Source of the DNA: an uncultured Candidatus Saccharibacteria bacterium
GTDB lineage: Bacteria > Patescibacteriota > Minisyncoccia > UBA6257 > Colwellbacteraceae
Direction: 5' to 3'
NCBI GenBank assembly: GCA_964643135.1
Contig: CAZXPC010000001.1
Location: 39,726-103,725 of the forward strand
Length of the DNA: 64,000 bases
In this document: positions 62,874 to 64,000 of the stretch, piece after piece
How the letters are laid out: every line of letters starts with the position of its first letter
How positions within the stretch are numbered: position 1 is the stretch's first letter
Program-made: the position numbers and the translations under genes
Notes under the pieces: model-generated
What the model was told of the DNA's origin: nothing
Databases searched by the model: none
What the model saw: the letters and a program-made list of their open reading frames with translations, nothing else

Positions 62874-64000
62874 ATGAATAAATTTCGAGTCATGGTTACG
62901 GGCGGGGGATCGGGCGGGCACATCTATCCGATCATTGCCGTCGTGACTGAGCTGCAACTCGAAGCGGCCAAACAGAATATCGACCTCGAAGTACGCTATC
63001 TGGGCTCCGCCGGCATGTATAAAAAACTCCTGGAAGACAATAATTTGAAAGTCAGCGGCATTCTTCTTTCTAAGATACGCCGCTATAAATTCTGGTCCAA
63101 TTTCTTGGAGATTCCTAAGTTTATTTTCAGCCTTTTCCAAGCTCTGTGGGGAGTCTATTGGTTCATGCCCGACGTGCTTTTTTCTAAAGGCGGTCCAGGG
63201 TCGGTGCCGGTCGTTTTGGCGGCAAGTTTTTACCGCATACCGATTGTGATTCACGAGTCCGATTCCGTGCCGGGCTTGTCGAACAAGCTGGCCGGCAAGC
63301 ATGCCAAGGTAATTGCTATCTCATATGCCGGCGTAGCTAAGTATTTCCCGGCCAATCAGAAAAACCAGCAGATAGTGCTGACAGGGAATCTGATCCGGCG
63401 CAGTCTTTTCACTAACATTCAGTTTACCCGCGAACAATATAAGCGGAGGCTTGGCTTTGATCCTGCAAAACCGCTGATTTTCATTTATGGAGGCTCTCAG
63501 GGTTCTCAGCGGATCAATAATTTTATCATTAAGAATCTGCCTCTTATTTTGGAAGTCGGCCAGGTCTATCACCAAACCGGCAAAGAGAATTATAACGAGG
63601 TTTTAAACGCGGCTATCGGAGCGTTAGCTGCCGTTCCGGAGGGTCTTAAAAGTTCTTATAAAGCTGTTCCGTATCTGAATTCCGACGCCGAAGTTCAAGC
63701 GGCTTACATCGCTTCCGATTTGGTTATCAGCCGCGCCGGCGGGCAAATATTCGAAATCGGCGGTTTTGGCCGGCCTTCGATACTGATTCCGCTGCCGGAG
63801 TCCGCCCAAGATCACCAAAGAACCAATGCTTATGAATATGAAGCCGCCGGCGCCGGAGTGGTAATCGAGGAAGATAATTTGGCTACCAATCTGTTTCTCA
63901 ATAAGGTGATTGAGATATTGAGCAACAAGGAAAAAACAGACAAAATGATCGAAGCGGCCAAGGCGTTCTATAAGCCGGATGCGGCTTTAAATCTAGCTAA
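62874..64000 (+). CDS. murG: UDP-GlcNAc:lipid I N-acetylglucosaminyltransferase MurG (3' end beyond window)
   Basis: Not in the ORF track because no stop lies within the window. VMVTGGGSGGHIYP N-terminal G-loop. IFIYGGSQGSQ. ESAQDHQRTNAYEYEAAGAG C-terminal donor-binding motif. Confidence 0.85.
   Translation, partial: MNKFRVMVTGGGSGGHIYPIIAVVTELQLEAAKQNIDLEVRYLGSAGMYKKLLEDNNLKVSGILLSKIRRYKFWSNFLEIPKFIFSLFQALWGVYWFMPDVLFSKGGPGSVPVVLAASFYRIPIVIHESDSVPGLSNKLAGKHAKVIAISYAGVAKYFPANQKNQQIVLTGNLIRRSLFTNIQFTREQYKRRLGFDPAKPLIFIYGGSQGSQRINNFIIKNLPLILEVGQVYHQTGKENYNEVLNAAIGALAAVPEGLKSSYKAVPYLNSDAEVQAAYIASDLVISRAGGQIFEIGGFGRPSILIPLPESAQDHQRTNAYEYEAAGAGVVIEEDNLATNLFLNKVIEILSNKEKTDKMIEAAKAFYKPDAALNLA

Noticed and set aside
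1-64000. CRISPR arrays, rRNA genes, transposase/integrase genes
   Set aside because: No regularly spaced direct repeats with unique spacers, no 16S/23S/5S-like conserved blocks and no recombinase-like ORFs were seen. The only repeat family is the AATAAC/GTTAT element, which is palindromic rather than array-like.

Overview
This window reads as a segment of a small-genome bacterial chromosome with an overall Patescibacteria/CPR-like character, and nearly all of it is coding. Three observations support the lineage call. The backbone is roughly 45-50% GC by eye. There is no rpmD (L30) gene between rpsE and rplO. Most genes lack a Shine-Dalgarno sequence, and several have a TATAAT box only 6-12 nt upstream of the ATG.

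The conserved backbone carries the following genes. The left end has efp, glmS, a ComEC-family gene and mnmA. Then come an Asp-tRNA ligase, ndk, an Fe/Mn superoxide dismutase and two tandem peptide deformylases. Next are sucC/sucD-like genes and a short citrate-synthase-like (citryl-CoA lyase-like) gene, followed by a tRNA. The ribosomal region runs rpmB, a site-2 protease, rpsL-rpsG-fusA and tuf-rpsJ, then rplC-rplD-rplW-rplB-rpsS-rplV-rpsC-rplP-rpmC-rpsQ-rplN-rplX-rplE-rpsZ-rpsH-rplF-rplR-rpsE-rplO(truncated)-secY-adk-map. The right end has an HTH-MurA fusion, mreB, rpmF-nusB-rnc, a cluster of secreted surface proteins, ftsW and a 3'-truncated murG.

On top of this backbone I see several unusual layers:
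1. At least four compositional islands hold seven GC-rich, GC3-skewed monocistronic cassettes. Most encode small signal-peptide or Cys-rich proteins. Each has its own promoter-like sequence and a shared GGGC(T)CTTTTTT-type hairpin terminator, and they sit inside conserved housekeeping synteny (mnmA|aspS, sucD|citrate-synthase-like, fusA|tuf, DnaJ-like|mreB).
2. A family of seven ~90-nt imperfect-palindrome elements is built from AATAAC / GTTAT(A/T) repeats. Each sits in an intergenic gap of the str/S10/spc ribosomal cluster and ends a few nt before the downstream start codon.
3. An identical 19-nt motif, ATAGCATATGTGCTATATT (palindromic arms ATAGCA/TGCTAT), lies in the promoter regions of glmS and of the XRE-HTH-MurA fusion gene, in the same gene-relative orientation.
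4. Two ~585-aa paralogous CxxC-repeat proteins are present. One is flanked by TraD/VirD4-like ATPase paralogs and the other follows the tandem def genes.
5. The ComEC homologue ends in an HNH-like nuclease motif rather than the usual metallo-beta-lactamase domain.

No CRISPR array or rRNA gene is present.

I counted coordinates of non-ORF features by eye, so they may be off by 1-3 nt.
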